Assembly (NCBI RefSeq): GCF_004010195.1
Contig: NC_057718.1
Span: forward strand, 59,168,838 to 59,232,837
DNA: 64,000 nt
Reading direction: 5' to 3'
Origin: Chiloscyllium plagiosum
Lineage: Eukaryota
Shown: piece after piece, positions 13,002-26,223 of the stretch
Layout: each line of letters begins with the position of its first letter
Numbering within the stretch: position 1 is the first letter of the stretch
The notes under the pieces: model-generated
What the model was told of the DNA's origin: nothing
Seen by the model: only the letters and a program-made list of their open reading frames with translations
Databases searched by the model: none
Position numbers and translations under genes: made by a program

Positions 13002-13205
13002 GCAAGGCAAAAGTGAGGACTGCAGATGCTGGAGATTAGAGTTGAGAGTGTGGTGCTGGAAAAGCACAGAGGATCAGGCAGCATCCGAGGAGCAGGAAAA
13101 TCGACATTGCAGGCAAAAGCCCTTCAATCAGGAATGATACCAGTCAATTTTCCTGCTCCTCGGATGCTGCCTGACCTGCTGTGCTTTTCCAGCACCACAC
13201 TCTTG
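13002..13205. mobile_element. Penelope terminal-repeat inverted dimer
   Basis: Inverted arms at about 13038-13105 and 13143-13208; perfect 16-bp TSD acttagttctatagga at 12986-13001 and 13206-13221. Confidence 0.9.
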
Positions 13206-13339
13206 ACTTAGTTCTATAGGAATCTATTGATTCTGAGCATGACCTTTTTGTGGCACATCAGCGCCAGTCTATCCTCATTTTTTCATTTGTGAAATATTCT
13301 GGACAGGAATTCTGGGTAAAAGTTCTTCTTTCTCTGAGT

Positions 13340-13600
13340 GTCAGCCTAGATTCAGTCAAAAGATTATTTGTTCAAGTCCCATAGCAAAAGCTAGACTGCA
13401 TTAAGTGGGCTGAAAACCCAAATGCAATACTGATTTGGTCCCACACTTATGGATGCAGCATTTTTTGGATGTAACATTAATCCAAGGCTTTGTTACCTTT
13501 ACAGGAAGATGGAAAAGACATGGCATTATTTTGGAAAATAGCATGAGTTGTACCAATGGTTTTAAGGAAGGAATCCTCTGCCACACAAATTTCACAAGGA
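13340..13600 (+). mobile_element. Ancient Deu-domain SINE-like relic
   Basis: gttcaagtccc B-box followed by degenerate Deu-core-like sequence; heavily diverged. Confidence 0.4.
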
Positions 13601-13997
13601 TCAATAGCCATGTCATTGTACAGAAATCTGCAGCTAAGCTATAGTGAAGAAATGGAAGGGGAAATAACAGTGCTTATTCTCTGCAGCCATTCAAGTTAAT
13701 TAAGTAATCCTTTTTAACCTAAAATCCAATTAGCATATTTACTTAAAACGAATCAATAGAGTTGCATTTTAAATGCTAATAATGCATCTTTTTCCACACA
13801 TAGATGATATGATTCATCTGATAATGGGTATAAATGGAGGACAGTGAAATTTTTTTCATTAACTCAAAAAAAGATGAGATAATCATTTTATTGGACATTC
13901 TAAAAGGAGCTCCCGTTCAAATTGGGACAGACTACTGAAGATTATCATTGCACAGTACTAAAAATACACTAGTGTATTTGTACATTGATGCACTTAC

Positions 13998-14056
13998 TGC
14001 TTTCAAATCCAGAGGGAAAACAATGGTGCACAGAGGTAGGAAGGTTTTCCATAAAT
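13998..14056 (-). CDS. VRK2: VRK-family kinase exon (59 bp): (K)FMENLPTSVHHCFPSGFES(S)
   Basis: ttattccag acceptor, gtaagt donor; phase 2/1 bridges the 121-bp and 173-bp exons exactly in frame with no stop. Confidence 0.88.
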
Positions 14057-14634
14057 CTGGAATAAGAATAGCGAATGCATTATCATAAGTCACAGGAATA
14101 CTTTCCAACAGTAAAGGGTTGTTAGCTACAAAACCTCAGATCATCGAGAAAATGTGTAAAATTGAATATTTTGCATTTTGACTTCAACTCTTTATCATAA
14201 TAGTCTTTCAGAGCATTTAATCTTTCACTATGGATAAATGCAAAGAAGCTCATAAAAGCTCAAGCATATTAATTTTCATCTCAACTAAAATGAAATGAAG
14301 TTTTTCTTGCAATTTCATGTTAAAATGTTTTATCAAAAGCCGAGTCATTGCAATTATCTGCATTAATGCTGATACATTAATGTTGGACTGGGGAGAATTA
14401 GCTTATCACACATAATATGCATTATTATAAATACTTTAACATCTATCTCTAGATTTAACTACCTTTAATTAAATAATAAATTATTACATACAAATCTGTA
14501 TTACATCACAATGCAATTTTAACACTTTGGATATAGGATTTATACATGCTAATTCTGATCTGTCCATTATCAGATTTGACACTTCATCTAGTGAATTTTG
14601 AGTTACTTTCCATTTTTAGTGATCTGAAGGACAA

Positions 14635-15275
14635 ATAAGAACAAAGAAATATAGGGAAGCAGTAGGCCATTCAACCCTTTGAGCCTGTTCCACCATTCTA
14701 AGAGATCATGCTGATCTGTGGCCTAATTCCATGTACCAGCCTTTGGTCCACCTCCCTCAATACCTTTACTCAACAAAAATGTCTCTCACTCAGATTTAAA
14801 ACTAACAACTCATGCAGCATCCACTGATGTCTGGTGAAAGAGAGTTCCAAACATCTTACCACCATTTGTGCACAGAAATGTTTCCTAACATCTGACCCTC
14901 ATTCTCAGAGTAAGCCGCCTAGTTCTGGAATCGCAAATCAATGGAAATAATTTATCTACCCTGTCTTTTCCTAATAAGGAAGATCTTGAAGACTTTAATC
15001 AGATAACCTTCTAACTTCTAAAGAAAACAGATTTAATTTACATAATCTCTCTGCATAACTTAACCTCCAAAGTCCAGATATCATTCCTGTAAACATATGT
15101 TGTACTCCTTCCAAGGCCAATATGTCCCTCCTAAAGTATGGTGCAGAGATCTGTTCACAGTACTCAAAGTGGGGTCTAACCAGCGTTTGTGTAAATGCAG
15201 CATGATATCTGCACCCTTGAACTCCAATCCTCTAGAAATAAAGGCCAGTATTCCATTTACTTTCTTCATTATTTT
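14635..15275 (-). mobile_element. CR1/HER1-type LINE 3' fragment
   Basis: ORF 15081..15269 KKVNGILAFISRGLEFKG and CR1 tail. Confidence 0.9.
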
Positions 15276-16028
15276 CCACCCCTGTTTGCGACATTTTTAA
15301 AAGATCTTTCCCCAATTTTCCAAACAGTTATGTCTCCCTCCTTTCATCTCCATTTACTTCCTTCTGATTGCAGCTTGTCTTTAAGGACTGCTTCGGGTCT
15401 TAAACTTACCTTGGTGTCCTTTAATGGTATTCTTGGCTACCACAGTCAAATGCTAAGTATTTTGATATTGTTATGCTATCTACAACAATTTTTTTCAAGT
15501 TATTGTTTTTAGGATTCTGTCCTACTGGTTAAGGTTCAAGAATCTACTTTTATTTTCTTATTTTAAATTAATTCATAATTTCCAAAACATCTTAAAAACA
15601 TTGGAGGAAAGGTTTGGAAACATTTCCAACATTAAATATCAAACTTAATAAATCATCTAATTTATTCATATCTTAAATAGACATCTTCTTAATTTAGTAG
15701 TTTTATTTGAATGTAAAGAAACCACCTAGTCCTGAAATTGACAATGTCAAGAACTTACTGTTTAAGTACTCTAAATAATGTCACTGAAAAGTGTGTATAT
15801 CTGAGTAGACATTAATGGAATGGAACTTGTGGATAATTTTGTCAAGAACACCAAATTTGAAATTACTATAATATTTATAATGACAATTTAAGTTTTACCA
15901 TTGCGAATGAAAATAATACTTGGATTGTGTAGAGGTGAAAAGTGATTTTCTAAAGTCACGGATGAGCTTTGAAGTATTTTTTTGAATCTGTTACAATAAA
16001 CATTGAATAGTTATTACAAAACTCATAC

Positions 16029-16149
16029 TTGATTTTAGCTTCTTGAACTGCTACAGGATCCTTCAAGCTCTGCTCCCAGGGTAGCTTCCCACACAGCCAC
16101 TGTAGCATGCAGTAGCCGAGGATTTCCAGGTCACCTCGTCTGGATGGAG
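16029..16149 (-). CDS. VRK2: VRK-family kinase exon (121 bp): (A)[39 protein letters not shown](K)
   Basis: Manual translation (absent from ORF track); ccttag acceptor, gtatga donor; SRRxDLE..GY and LPW motifs; [19 protein letters not shown] is VRK2-like; phase 1/2. Confidence 0.94.
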
Positions 16150-17218
16150 CTAAGGGAACGTGATTGAGGAAAGGGAATTAAGAATGAAGGATTAAAAGTC
16201 AGTCAAGGCAAAAAATAGAGAAAGCTTTCATTTAACTCCTGTTGATGAAATGTGTAAAATCCAAGCAGGCAAGTGTCTTGTTTGTTCAGCTGTATTGGAG
16301 TTGGAACGCCCAGGTTTTTGGCTGTGGTTCATAGACAGGCTGTGACTTGTGCAGTAAAAGCAGGGGTCAGTTTCCTTACCTCCCCTAACCTCATCCTTCC
16401 TTAGTCTGGCCTGTCACATGAACTTGATCCCGGTGGCCTCTGACATGATCCAGACAGCTCATAATCCAGCACCAACACTTGCTCAAAGAGCCAGCAGTAA
16501 AACAAAGAAATAAATGTCTGCCTCTAAATTACTAACATATGTTCCAGGAAGTCCACAGGATCTGAATCACCCGTACAGAGACCCCGCTCACAGACTAAAC
16601 AGTGATGGCCTTTCCTCTGCTGTACAAGTACTAAAAGTTTGAGGCAATGGCAAAACTGCCATCTAGTGTAGAACAGAAATGGCAACAAATAAAACTTAAA
16701 GGGGATTTGTTCGGTTTGGCAGTACATTTTCCAAATAAATAAATTATTTATTAAATTAAACTGTTGAACACAGGAATCACTCACTTGAAGTGTCATTTAT
16801 CATTTCATGTTTATTGAAATATTTTTAACATAGCAAAAATGTTGGAGAATGCAGCGGCTTAATCTTTAATCACATAACATTATCCTAACTCTTAATCTAA
16901 TAGGGTATACCAAAGCAGGCTTCTGCAATCCCTTGGGAGGCTTGTTATCTGTTCTTATGATCTGACATGGATACACTAAAGTTTGGGGCAGCTGCTACCA
17001 AAGCGCAATGGGGACCTCACTATCTGAGGTCCTTCTTTCAAAATTAAATGGGGGTCGTTCAGTTATCAGACTCTCCAAGTGCCTCAAACGCATGTAAATA
17101 TAGTTTTGTACAAGTAAGAGATGCCTTTGGTTTGTCTGTCGGATAGAGTCAAACTCCAATGTTTGTTTCCTTGATATGCTACTGGAGAGAACTGAACTGC
17201 ATCTGTGACTATCACACG

Positions 17219-17414
17219 CAGTTCTCCTAGAACGCAACCCCGCATTATAGATAAATCACATTTTAGAAACAGCGCTTAAAGTGTTGGCAATGTAATCGTG
17301 TTACAGCCAACATACATTTTAAAAGTTCGTACTGTAGAAACAGCATCCCCAACTTGTCGATCGCATTGCAATGAATTTGCATTGACGAAATGCAAGTTAA
17401 AATAGGAAGATCTG
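17219..17414. mobile_element. Tc1/mariner-type MITE relic
   Basis: Degenerate terminal inverted repeats cagttctcctagaac ... gttaaaataggaagatctg; CpG-decayed interior. Confidence 0.45.
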
Positions 17415-19489
17415 AATACAAAAAGATATTTATGAATAATGTACATTTTTGAAATTTTAAAAAAGTGTCCAGCCATGGAACATGACTCCTACATTACAAC
17501 CAATTTACACTGCATTGCAACTTCATTTTCTGAGAATTCTCAGGCTATGGATTTCTTATTAACTTTGTGGAATGATGCAATCTAATGAAAACCCCTTAAT
17601 TTAAATCTCTGTTATTCCACATCTCATCAAACAAATACTAAAGTTATATTTGTTCATATGTATAAAACTATTGGGATTCAAAATACAAAATCACAGGTTC
17701 CGAGAATCCCCCTTTGAATGTGGACTACTCACACTCTACAGGTGGGATCCCCAAAAATGTCCAAGTCACTTGCAACTAAATCTCGCCGATTAAGAGCAGT
17801 ATGCAAATATGCTACTTTTCCCATTATGAATGCTGCATCATAGACGAGGAACCATAAACTATACAATCACAAAGGGAAAGCATTTGAGTGTGGAGCATTA
17901 ATTGCTCAGAATTCATTGTTGGCAACATTAACAGTGTTTGGGATTTGTAGAAGGCTGGAGCATTTTCTTTGTTTGACAAAAGGTATATTACAAAATCAGA
18001 AGGAATGGTGGAAGTGCATGGTAGTTGAGGCTCAGTATATATTGGAAAACATAACACCCATTTGTCAATTGTATTATCCACAGTAAGGATGGGTTGTTTT
18101 TGCACAGAGCTAATGAATTAGTTAAAATGTCATCACCAACACAATGAGCCAATGGTCTCCTTTTATGCAGTAACCATTCTATGAATCTATGATTCCAAGT
18201 CTATCTAAAAAAATTAAACACACCTAATTTTATCTGAACGACAGAATAGGGTTGCACAAGAACACAACTATTGAATCTCAAATCTGAGGGTTTAATTTCT
18301 TACTACAGCATGTATTCATGTGACCTCCTCCACAAATTTCGCGACTACTGCATAGCATCTAGCTTTAGAAATTATTGAATTACTGGAAAATAATGTCATA
18401 AGATAATCTGATCCAATACTTGTACCATTGATCCTCAATAATATCTAATCCTATAATAAATTAAATCCAACTCAGCTTTTGTTTAGATGTTTAGCTGTGG
18501 CAGAATGGTAGTTTTTGTTTGCCTGATTCGAATGTTGCATGGTCAAGGGCCACTTCTGAGATCAGAGCACATGTTCTAAAGTGGAATCTCAGCATAGTAC
18601 TGAAGGAGTGCTTTACTAGTGGAAGTGTCTTTTTGCAGACACATGAAACTAAGACACAGAACGTTCTGCCACCAACCAGAATGGCAGATTGTTGGCAAGG
18701 TCCGGCCACTGAGCCATCTTTAAAGACATTGGGTAGGGTATGAGTTGGTTGTCCACCACAAATCTTTGATGCTGAGGCCACTGATAATAGCCCCTTTAAT
18801 AGCCCCTTCTCCTGCACTGACTGGAGGGCTGCAGTCAGCTAGGGCCTTGCAGTAGCTGAAACACAACTAGAGAAAAGGTGGTGGTTTCCAGGTGGCAGAA
18901 AAGAAGCCCAAGCATCAGTTCGCTTTCCATGCTTTGACCTATGAGGCTGAGTTAAAAATGGCTGTAGGCCACCCTATAGAGGGATTCCACAAAGAATCTC
19001 TGACAGCAGTGAAAATGTTTAAGTTGCCTAGTTCTAAATACACTGAAAGAATGCCTCCATCTGGAAGAGCTACAGCTCTTCCACAGCTGGACAAACTCGA
19101 ACACAGGCCTGCAGCATCAGGGCATGTCTGCTATTCTCAACTGAACAGTGAGAGCTCCCTCAGGCCACTCTGATTTTTCAATTATAAATCTGGACCTGAA
19201 TGTTAGTCCGGTTTCAGCGACCCAGTGCAAGACCAAAAATTCAGTCCATTGTATTGAAATCAATCTGAACGGATATCACCAGATATATGGTTTAATGGAG
19301 TTTGTGCTATATTAGAAACTGTAATACCTCCTGGCATTGACACAGAGTATCATTTCTTTTACTCTAGGTTTGGATGAGGCTTTATACCCTGTCTTTTCTG
19401 TCAAGATGATTTTATCTTTGGAAGCATGGATAGGATGATTTTCAAATTTGTGAAAAGGGATATTATATCGCTTAGTTTTTAAGAATATA

Positions 19490-19660
19490 CAAACTAAAAA
19501 CAAGATCAGGCCCTTTGAGCTTGCTCCACCATTCAATAAAGTAATCTCACCTTGCAGGGCAATTCTTGCATTGAGGAAATCTCTTGCTGCATTCTCTCTA
19601 AGGCAAGCATATCTTCTCTAGGTGAGGAGATCAAAATGTGCAGAACACTTCAGGTGTAGA
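19490..19660 (-). mobile_element. CR1 fragment, internally deleted
   Basis: ggccctttgagcttgctccaccattcaat tail plus a FWSP-like region. Confidence 0.6.
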
Positions 19661-21727
19661 CCAGCGCACAATTTTTAATTGTTCCAAGGACTCCTTTTGA
19701 GAGTTACTTCTGATTTTATACAGTTACATTGTGGTTTTTGGGGACTATCTTTTCATTCTCACTGATTTCTTTATTAAGTAATATTATCACATAATAACTT
19801 TAGCTTCAGTATTTGTATTGATATACAGGGTATTTGTGGTTGCAAAAAAGCAAAGTTCAAAGTATTCATCGATATTCTCAATCAGTATCAACCCCATTAA
19901 ACATAAAGCCACACAGGTGTCACAGAATTTTAAATCGACTTAAGAAAACAGAAGTATTTTTCAAAATAAGTGATGTTTACTTCTGCACACAAAAAGCCAT
20001 CACCCAAAACACACCTTCTGCAGAATGATGACACAGCTAAGATACTTCTAATGCATATGCACAGAGCTGAAATATTTTATACAGGGAGTTACTACCTTTT
20101 TGAAAGTATGTCTAAGATCTCAGTCACAGATTTAAATATAAGGACTGACACAGTGTTCATAATAATAGCTTCCACTACAATCTTCACCACACAGAAGCTC
20201 CTAACATTGGCAGCCATAAGCTAGAGATACAACATTCATTCGCAAGTAATTCATTACCTCCATGATTCAAAGTTTTCCTAGCTCCTAGTTTGATCATTCT
20301 CTCTTCTTTCAGCTTCTTTCTCCCTTCTCTTCCCTTCCATCTTGAGTTTTTCTCCCAATCCTCCACCCCCGAAGTTTCCTCTCCCCTCCTGGGCTCTGGA
20401 CTTCCACATTCCTGCCCCATAGCTCCATGTAAGCCTACTTTTGATTTGCTCTGTTTCTAACCTGGAAGAATCATCTACTATTATTAGTTCAAAGGCTTGT
20501 CTTTGTTAAATGTAAAAACCATTGTTTTAACTAAAACATCCAGATCAAAACTGTATTATCCCAGGGGTTACTTTGAGAATCAAGGAACAATCATTTCAAA
20601 AATGAATTTCCATTGCCCTGGACTGTTTTGAGATTTCGCTAGTAAATTCTAAGCTGTAGATTCTTAAAACTGGAAGGCAAGGATTGGTAGACCACAGCAG
20701 CATGCCTGCCTTACACCTCAATGGCTGTGAATATAAAACCTTAACATCCTTCATTCACCTGCCAACATACACACCCAAGAATTCACTCTAGATATTCAAT
20801 GTGGTGATCTACTGGGACTGCATGTTACTGCCAGACTTTTAATTAAAGGAATACTTTTCAGCCATATTGCTTCACTTGGCTCCAAGTTCCCCACCCCAAT
20901 CCTCATTTCCCTCACCTCCCCTATCCCTAGACTGCTTCATTCTAGAATGAATTTGAAACTTATTTCAAACCTGGGAGAAAAATATTCCTGAGCAGCCATA
21001 AATATTCACGCTCCATTTCCTAATAACTTAGAATGCAAATGAAGAAATTACCAAACTTATTTAGCCCCCTCTCGTTTCCTTCACTTTACACAATGGGACA
21101 ATCAACAGTGGCCTGTTGTAAAGGTAGGTTAGTGCCTGGAATTCTTCTTAAAGGTTTCACTATAGAGTGCAAGATAATTGTAATATATAAAATTACATCT
21201 AAGTACACTATTGTGTTACATCACTGCGATAAAGACAAATAAAGGGCTGAATCTTAACTTTTTCTGGAAAAACTGCATATCACATTATGTGGAATGATTC
21301 ACACTGCAAGGCCTAGCAAGTTTTCTCACCACATCTTACTGACCTCACCACATTATTTGCCATTTGACCCCTCAGGGTGAGAATCATGCCTAAATTCCAC
21401 GCCATCCAACAGTGCACCATTCCCAAAACAACTTGCCGCTCAGTGGAGATCCACCCTAAGATCTGCAATCCTTGCAACAGTGCTATCTTTTAAAGTCCAC
21501 GGCATACCTCCAGGAATGTTGCCATCTGGAAGCTGTGGGGCTCAGTCGTGGAAGGAGTAAGGCGAGATCTCAGAGATAGGGAAGTTGGCATGATGAAAGG
21601 TCCTTGCGAATGGGATGGTTGAAAGAACTACTACTCCTGGAGGTCCAGCAGCAGAAGGCACACTATCAGATTCTGCCCAAGTAGCCAGAAATTGCCATAT
21701 AGATCAGTGCCATCTTCATGATAAGGA

Positions 21728-21933
21728 ATGAAATAACTCCACAAAGGCCAGTATCCCGTCACCCTTTATTTACACATGAAGATTCCTTGACACTGATCCA
21801 GTTCCCTCAGAGCCAGATCTCAGAGTGAACAGAACCTCTTGACACTCCTGTTCTCATCTGTCAGCCAGGGCTCCTTGTTAGGGACTGTTAATCTGGTCCA
21901 ATCTATGAAGTCTACCTAGCTGACCTCACTGCA
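21728..21933 (-). mobile_element. Probable short solo LTR
   Basis: tg...ca ends; AATAAA on the minus strand about 40 nt from the end; interrupts the Harbinger-like fragment. Confidence 0.45.
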
Positions 21934-23260
21934 AGGAAGACCATGAAGCTTCAATTGTATTCTCTGCTCTGCCGGCATAACTGCAACAGTCTGCTCTTTG
22001 CTGCCTCTCATTATTTGTACCACCCCATTCGCCTCCCACTAATGCGTAAGCTCTACTGCCCCTCTGTTACACTGCAACACCTTCCCTATCATAACATTTG
22101 CTACCCCCCTCAAGATCTCAGACCATTAACTCTGCATAGCCTTTGCACTGCCTCCTCACTCCCTTGGAACACCTCAACACTTTTCTCCCACATATACCAG
22201 CCCTCAGAGCTGTACCACCCATTTCCATCCCAATTATTCAGCCCCTTTGTCAGTACAGGAGAAGAAATCCCATTACAAGGTGGAGCAACATAGTGCAGGA
22301 AAACAGGGGTGTGATATCTGAGCCCTCACCTCCTCTGAGGAAAATGTTTCTTGCATTAGTAGGAAAAGACAGCAACCGCTCCTCTGGGGACACAGTATGT
22401 TCACCCCACTGTAATGGTTGCATTAACCAGGTGTCAAACTCCGTGAGTGCAATGTCTTCTTCCTTGTATGCATTACAGGTAGACCTATCCTCCGAAGGAC
22501 AACCACGCAGAGAGCAGTTCCTCCAACTCCCTGGATGAGAGTGTAAACACGTCAGAGAAACCATCAATCAGACTGGCTCCAGAATTCCCGGCTGGATAAT
22601 GACATCTCAGTCAGCACCATAAGGTCTCACAGAGAGTTTCAGACATGGATAGCTCTGTATGTGGCTGAGGGATAAACGGCATAGCCCACCTGTAGTCAGA
22701 GGACTTCAGGAGAGCAGGCCCTTTCTGAGCCCCCCAGCAGGAGGTAAGGCTGTGGTCTCAGCTTGGAGGGACTTTCTGCAGATGTACAGGGAGGAGCAGC
22801 GATGCAGCGAACCCAATGACACACTGGTCATCTTTGCTCTCACACTGCAGCTGTATAGGCAGGCAGTCTTGTGATCACTCATCTGCCTTCATGGTCAGTT
22901 TGTTGACTGCCCCGGAGACACAGGCCTAGCACTTCATGGTGAATCAACAACAAATCACCCCATGCATTGGTTCCTCAGGCCTGAAGGCAAGGCAAGCATG
23001 GGAAATGGGGCCTTGAGCCTACTCCACACAAGGAGATAAAGTAGTGCCATGAGACACCTGACCAAATGAGGCCCTTCCACAATCTCCTCTCAGGAACCGG
23101 AGGAGGGGGGTGGGACTGAGCACTTCCATCTCCGGACCCTCAGCATGTCTGGCCTGTCTGAGCATAAACATGCCTGGGGTCAAACCTGACCAAACCTTTA
23201 GGGCCAGCACACTCCAGTATAGAGCAGGCTCCCCTCCAAAACCCACCTACAAAGGAGGAG

Positions 23261-23310
23261 GGAGTTCAGTGCAGAGGAAAGGAAAGGAGTTCAGTGCAGA
23301 GGAAAGGAAA
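23261..23310. repeat. Perfect 25-bp tandem duplication (ggagttcagtgcagaggaaaggaaa)x2
   Basis: Direct reading. Confidence 0.95.
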
Positions 23311-23650
23311 GGAGGAGGAATTTGTACAAATGGCACTACAGGATGCAATGGCTAAAAATGTTATGCAAATCATTTGGTTTGTATACAATATGTGAATAGC
23401 TTTTTTATTTCATGAACCCTTGTGTTTCACCATTCTTGTTGTTGTCTCTGTCTCTGAGTAGAGTCTAAACACTTTGTAGCACCCTGTGGCATCACTTTGT
23501 GGCCTTTAATGAGGCATAGTGGTTGTGACTGGACTGCAATGATCACCAAATCCATCATGACAACAGGGGTATGAACCGCACCAACTCACTCCAGTATCTT
23601 AGCATCCCCCAACTCCCAATCCTCACTGTCTACTGTTCAGCTGGCTGTGT

Positions 23651-23900
23651 CCTGAAGAAGGGTTACAACCAAAACATCAATTTCTCCACCTCCTGATGCT
23701 GCCTGGCTTGCTGTGTTCTTCCAGTCAAAGAGTGTGGTGCTGGAAAAGCATAGCCGGTCAGGCAGCATCTGAGAGCAGAAGAATCAACATCTCAAGCATA
23801 AGCTCTTCACCCTCTGCAATTCTCATTTTCTCCCTGCTGTGTTCTTCCAGTCTCCTGCCTGTCTACTTTGAATGCCAGTATCTGCAGCTTTTTGTCTCTA
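23651..23900. mobile_element. Penelope terminal repeat (+) with a second terminal repeat inserted in it (23727-23834, mostly -)
   Basis: 18-bp TSD tgctgtgttcttccagtc at 23709-23726 and 23835-23852. Confidence 0.85.
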
Positions 23901-24568
23901 ACCAAGTCTGCCCTGCTAGACTAGTCTGTCTTCAGTGCGGCGGGAGAGAGCAGCGCACTGGAAGATGCCAGGATGGCTATCTGGAAGTGGAGCTCCAAAT
24001 GTCAGTGGTGGAAGGGTATGTGCAGTGAATCACGCCCTGGTCTGCAGATTGACCCTGGGCAAGATGGAGCTCTTTTAAAGCAGTGAGTTGAACTCACAAA
24101 AGGTCTTTAATAAGCACTAATGAGCATCATTTAGGAACTCACTGCTGTCTAATGAGAATCGTACCACACCGTGTGAGGAAATGAATAAGATACAGTGAAA
24201 TGATCTTAATAACTGAGATTGGCCTGACTGAAATCTCACTCAAATCTACTGCTCATTTCCCCATTGCCCAGAGAATGATAACATTTTATTCAAAATACCT
24301 TTCATTATCAGGTTGATGTTTAGAGCGTTTGGATTCAGGATCGAGCAAAAGTCCCTGTCATCTAAAATGCTGGACAAGACCCTGGAGTTTTCTAATATCC
24401 AAAAGTACTGGACAAAATCCAGAGCTCAGGCTGCAACAAACACACACACAGCCAGAATGATTTCAGTCTGGGACTATTATTCAGCCTGGAATTCCAATTT
24501 ACACCTCCATTCTAGGAGAACAATCAACCAAACCTAACACTCTGGACTGAAACTAACTTTTACACCTC

Positions 24569-24789
24569 CGGAGTGTGGTGCTGTAAAAGCACAGCAGGTC
24601 AGGAGCATCCGATGAGCAGGAGAATCAACATTTCGGGCATAATCCCTTCATCAGAATGAGACTTGCTGATGAAGAGCTTATGCCCGAAACATCAATTCTC
24701 CTGCTCTTCGGATGCTGCCTGACTTGGTGTGCTTTTCCAGCACCACACTCTCGACTCTGATCTCCAGCATCTATAGTCCTTACTTTCTG
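24569..24789. mobile_element. Penelope terminal-repeat inverted dimer with two opposed hammerhead-like cores
   Basis: Minus-strand core at about 24625-24655, plus-strand core at about 24666-24695; TSD ctaacttt(t)acacctc at 24553-24568 and 24790-24804. Confidence 0.9.
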
Positions 24790-24843
24790 CTAACTTTACA
24801 CCTCGGCTACCAAACGCAGGCTACACAGATACCCAACATTCAA

Positions 24844-25060
24844 GTTCAGCAGGTCTAACAGCATCTGTGAAGAGAAATCAAAGTTAATGTTTCAAGTCCA
24901 GTGATCCTTCCTGAGTTCTGCATTCTGAGGAAGGATCACTGGACCTGAAGTGTTAACTTTGATTTCTCTTCACAGATGCTGTCAGACCTGTTGAGCTTTC
25001 CCAGCAACTTCTGTTTTTGTTTCTGATTTATAGCATCAGCAGTTCTCTTGGTTTTTACCA
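24844..25060. mobile_element. Inverted dimer of a second Penelope terminal-repeat family
   Basis: About 70-bp arms at 24847-24914 and 24925-24995; CTGAGGA core; TSD aacattcaa at 24835-24843 and 25061-25069. Confidence 0.85.
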
Positions 25061-25096
25061 AACATTCAACTTTAATCAAAATCCATTTACACATAC

Positions 25097-26223
25097 TGTT
25101 AACTATCAGGAAGTCAATCGACTTCAGAAGGGACCACCAGAGAAACAATGGACGACACAGATTTGAGGGGAGATATCGGGGCACACAGTTTGTGTAATTG
25201 CTAGGTGATCTCACACCAGAAGAGAACCGTTTCAACAACAAGCTTCTGTAGAACCAGTTTCTCCGCAGGCTCCCCAGCTCTCACAAGCAACTTTAGAACC
25301 AAGAACCACAGACACTGAACCAGGAAGCCAAACCAAGGGCATCATCACAACAAAGGACATCTCAGAGAGGGAGGAGGCAAGCAAGCACTATCCAAACCAC
25401 AGCTTCCAGACACAAGCCTTTTCCAAACCAAGAGAACTGACAGCAAGAACCTCAGCAGCCAGCTGTACATCAAGATTCCGTTTTCCCCAGTGGTGAGCTG
25501 AAACTCCCAAGACTCGTGGGCGGAACGGTGGCACAGTGGTTAGCACTGCTGCCTCACAGCGCCAAAGACCCGGGTTCAATTCCCGCCTGTGGAGTTTGCA
25601 CGTTCTCCCTGTGTCTACGTGGGTTTCCTCCGGGTGCTCTGGTTTCCTCCCACAGTCCAAAAAAAAATGTGCAGGTCAGGTGAATTGGCCATGCTAAATT
25701 GCCCGTAGTGTTAGGTGCAGGGGTAAATGTAGGGGAATGGGTCTGGGTGGGTGCGCTTCGGTGGGTCGGTGTGGACTTGTTGGGCCGAAGGGCCTGTTTC
25801 CACACTGTAAGTAATCGAATCTAAAGCCCAGTTTCTAACCTAGCTAGCTGGGAGGGGAAGGTGGATGGTGACAGTGTATGGGACCCCAAGAGGAGGGAGC
25901 CTAACTAAGGCTTCTGTGATTAAAACTGCTGTTTAGGTTCTAATAGTGTTTAATAGTGTATTTAATTACTGTCCTCTGTATAATTGATAGTGTTAATTTC
26001 ACTGTTTAGTGCTTTTGCCTGTATTTCTTGTTTTATGCTTACCTTTTGTATTTAAACAAACGCAGACATCCTTTTCCCCAGAAACACCTGGCTACTGCCT
26101 TCTTCCTTGCACATTCCCTAAATATATCCAGTGTCAGAACCAGGGTTCTGGGAGTGATTCAAACCAGCCAAAAATCAACAGATTACTGATCGCAAACCAG
26201 CACCCCACAGGATGGAAGTGACA
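25097..26223 (+). mobile_element. Probable solo LTR interrupted by a V-SINE
   Basis: tgtt...gaca termini; flanks atac/atgc (4-bp TSD with 1 mismatch); no coding capacity. Confidence 0.6.
25518..25825 (+). mobile_element. Young HE1-type V-SINE
   Basis: tRNA A/B boxes (tggcacagtgg, ggttcaattcc), V-domain gtgggtttcctccgggtgctctggtttcctcccacagtccaaa, CR1-derived tail. Confidence 0.92.

Larger units (their letters stand above)
21243..24290 (+). mobile_element. Decayed PIF/Harbinger-like DNA transposon with nested insertions
   Basis: gggctgaatctt TIR-like start; fragments resembling a Myb/SANT-like ORF (EIA..ISA..; CRK..) at about 21560-21980; no intact ORF. Confidence 0.4.
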
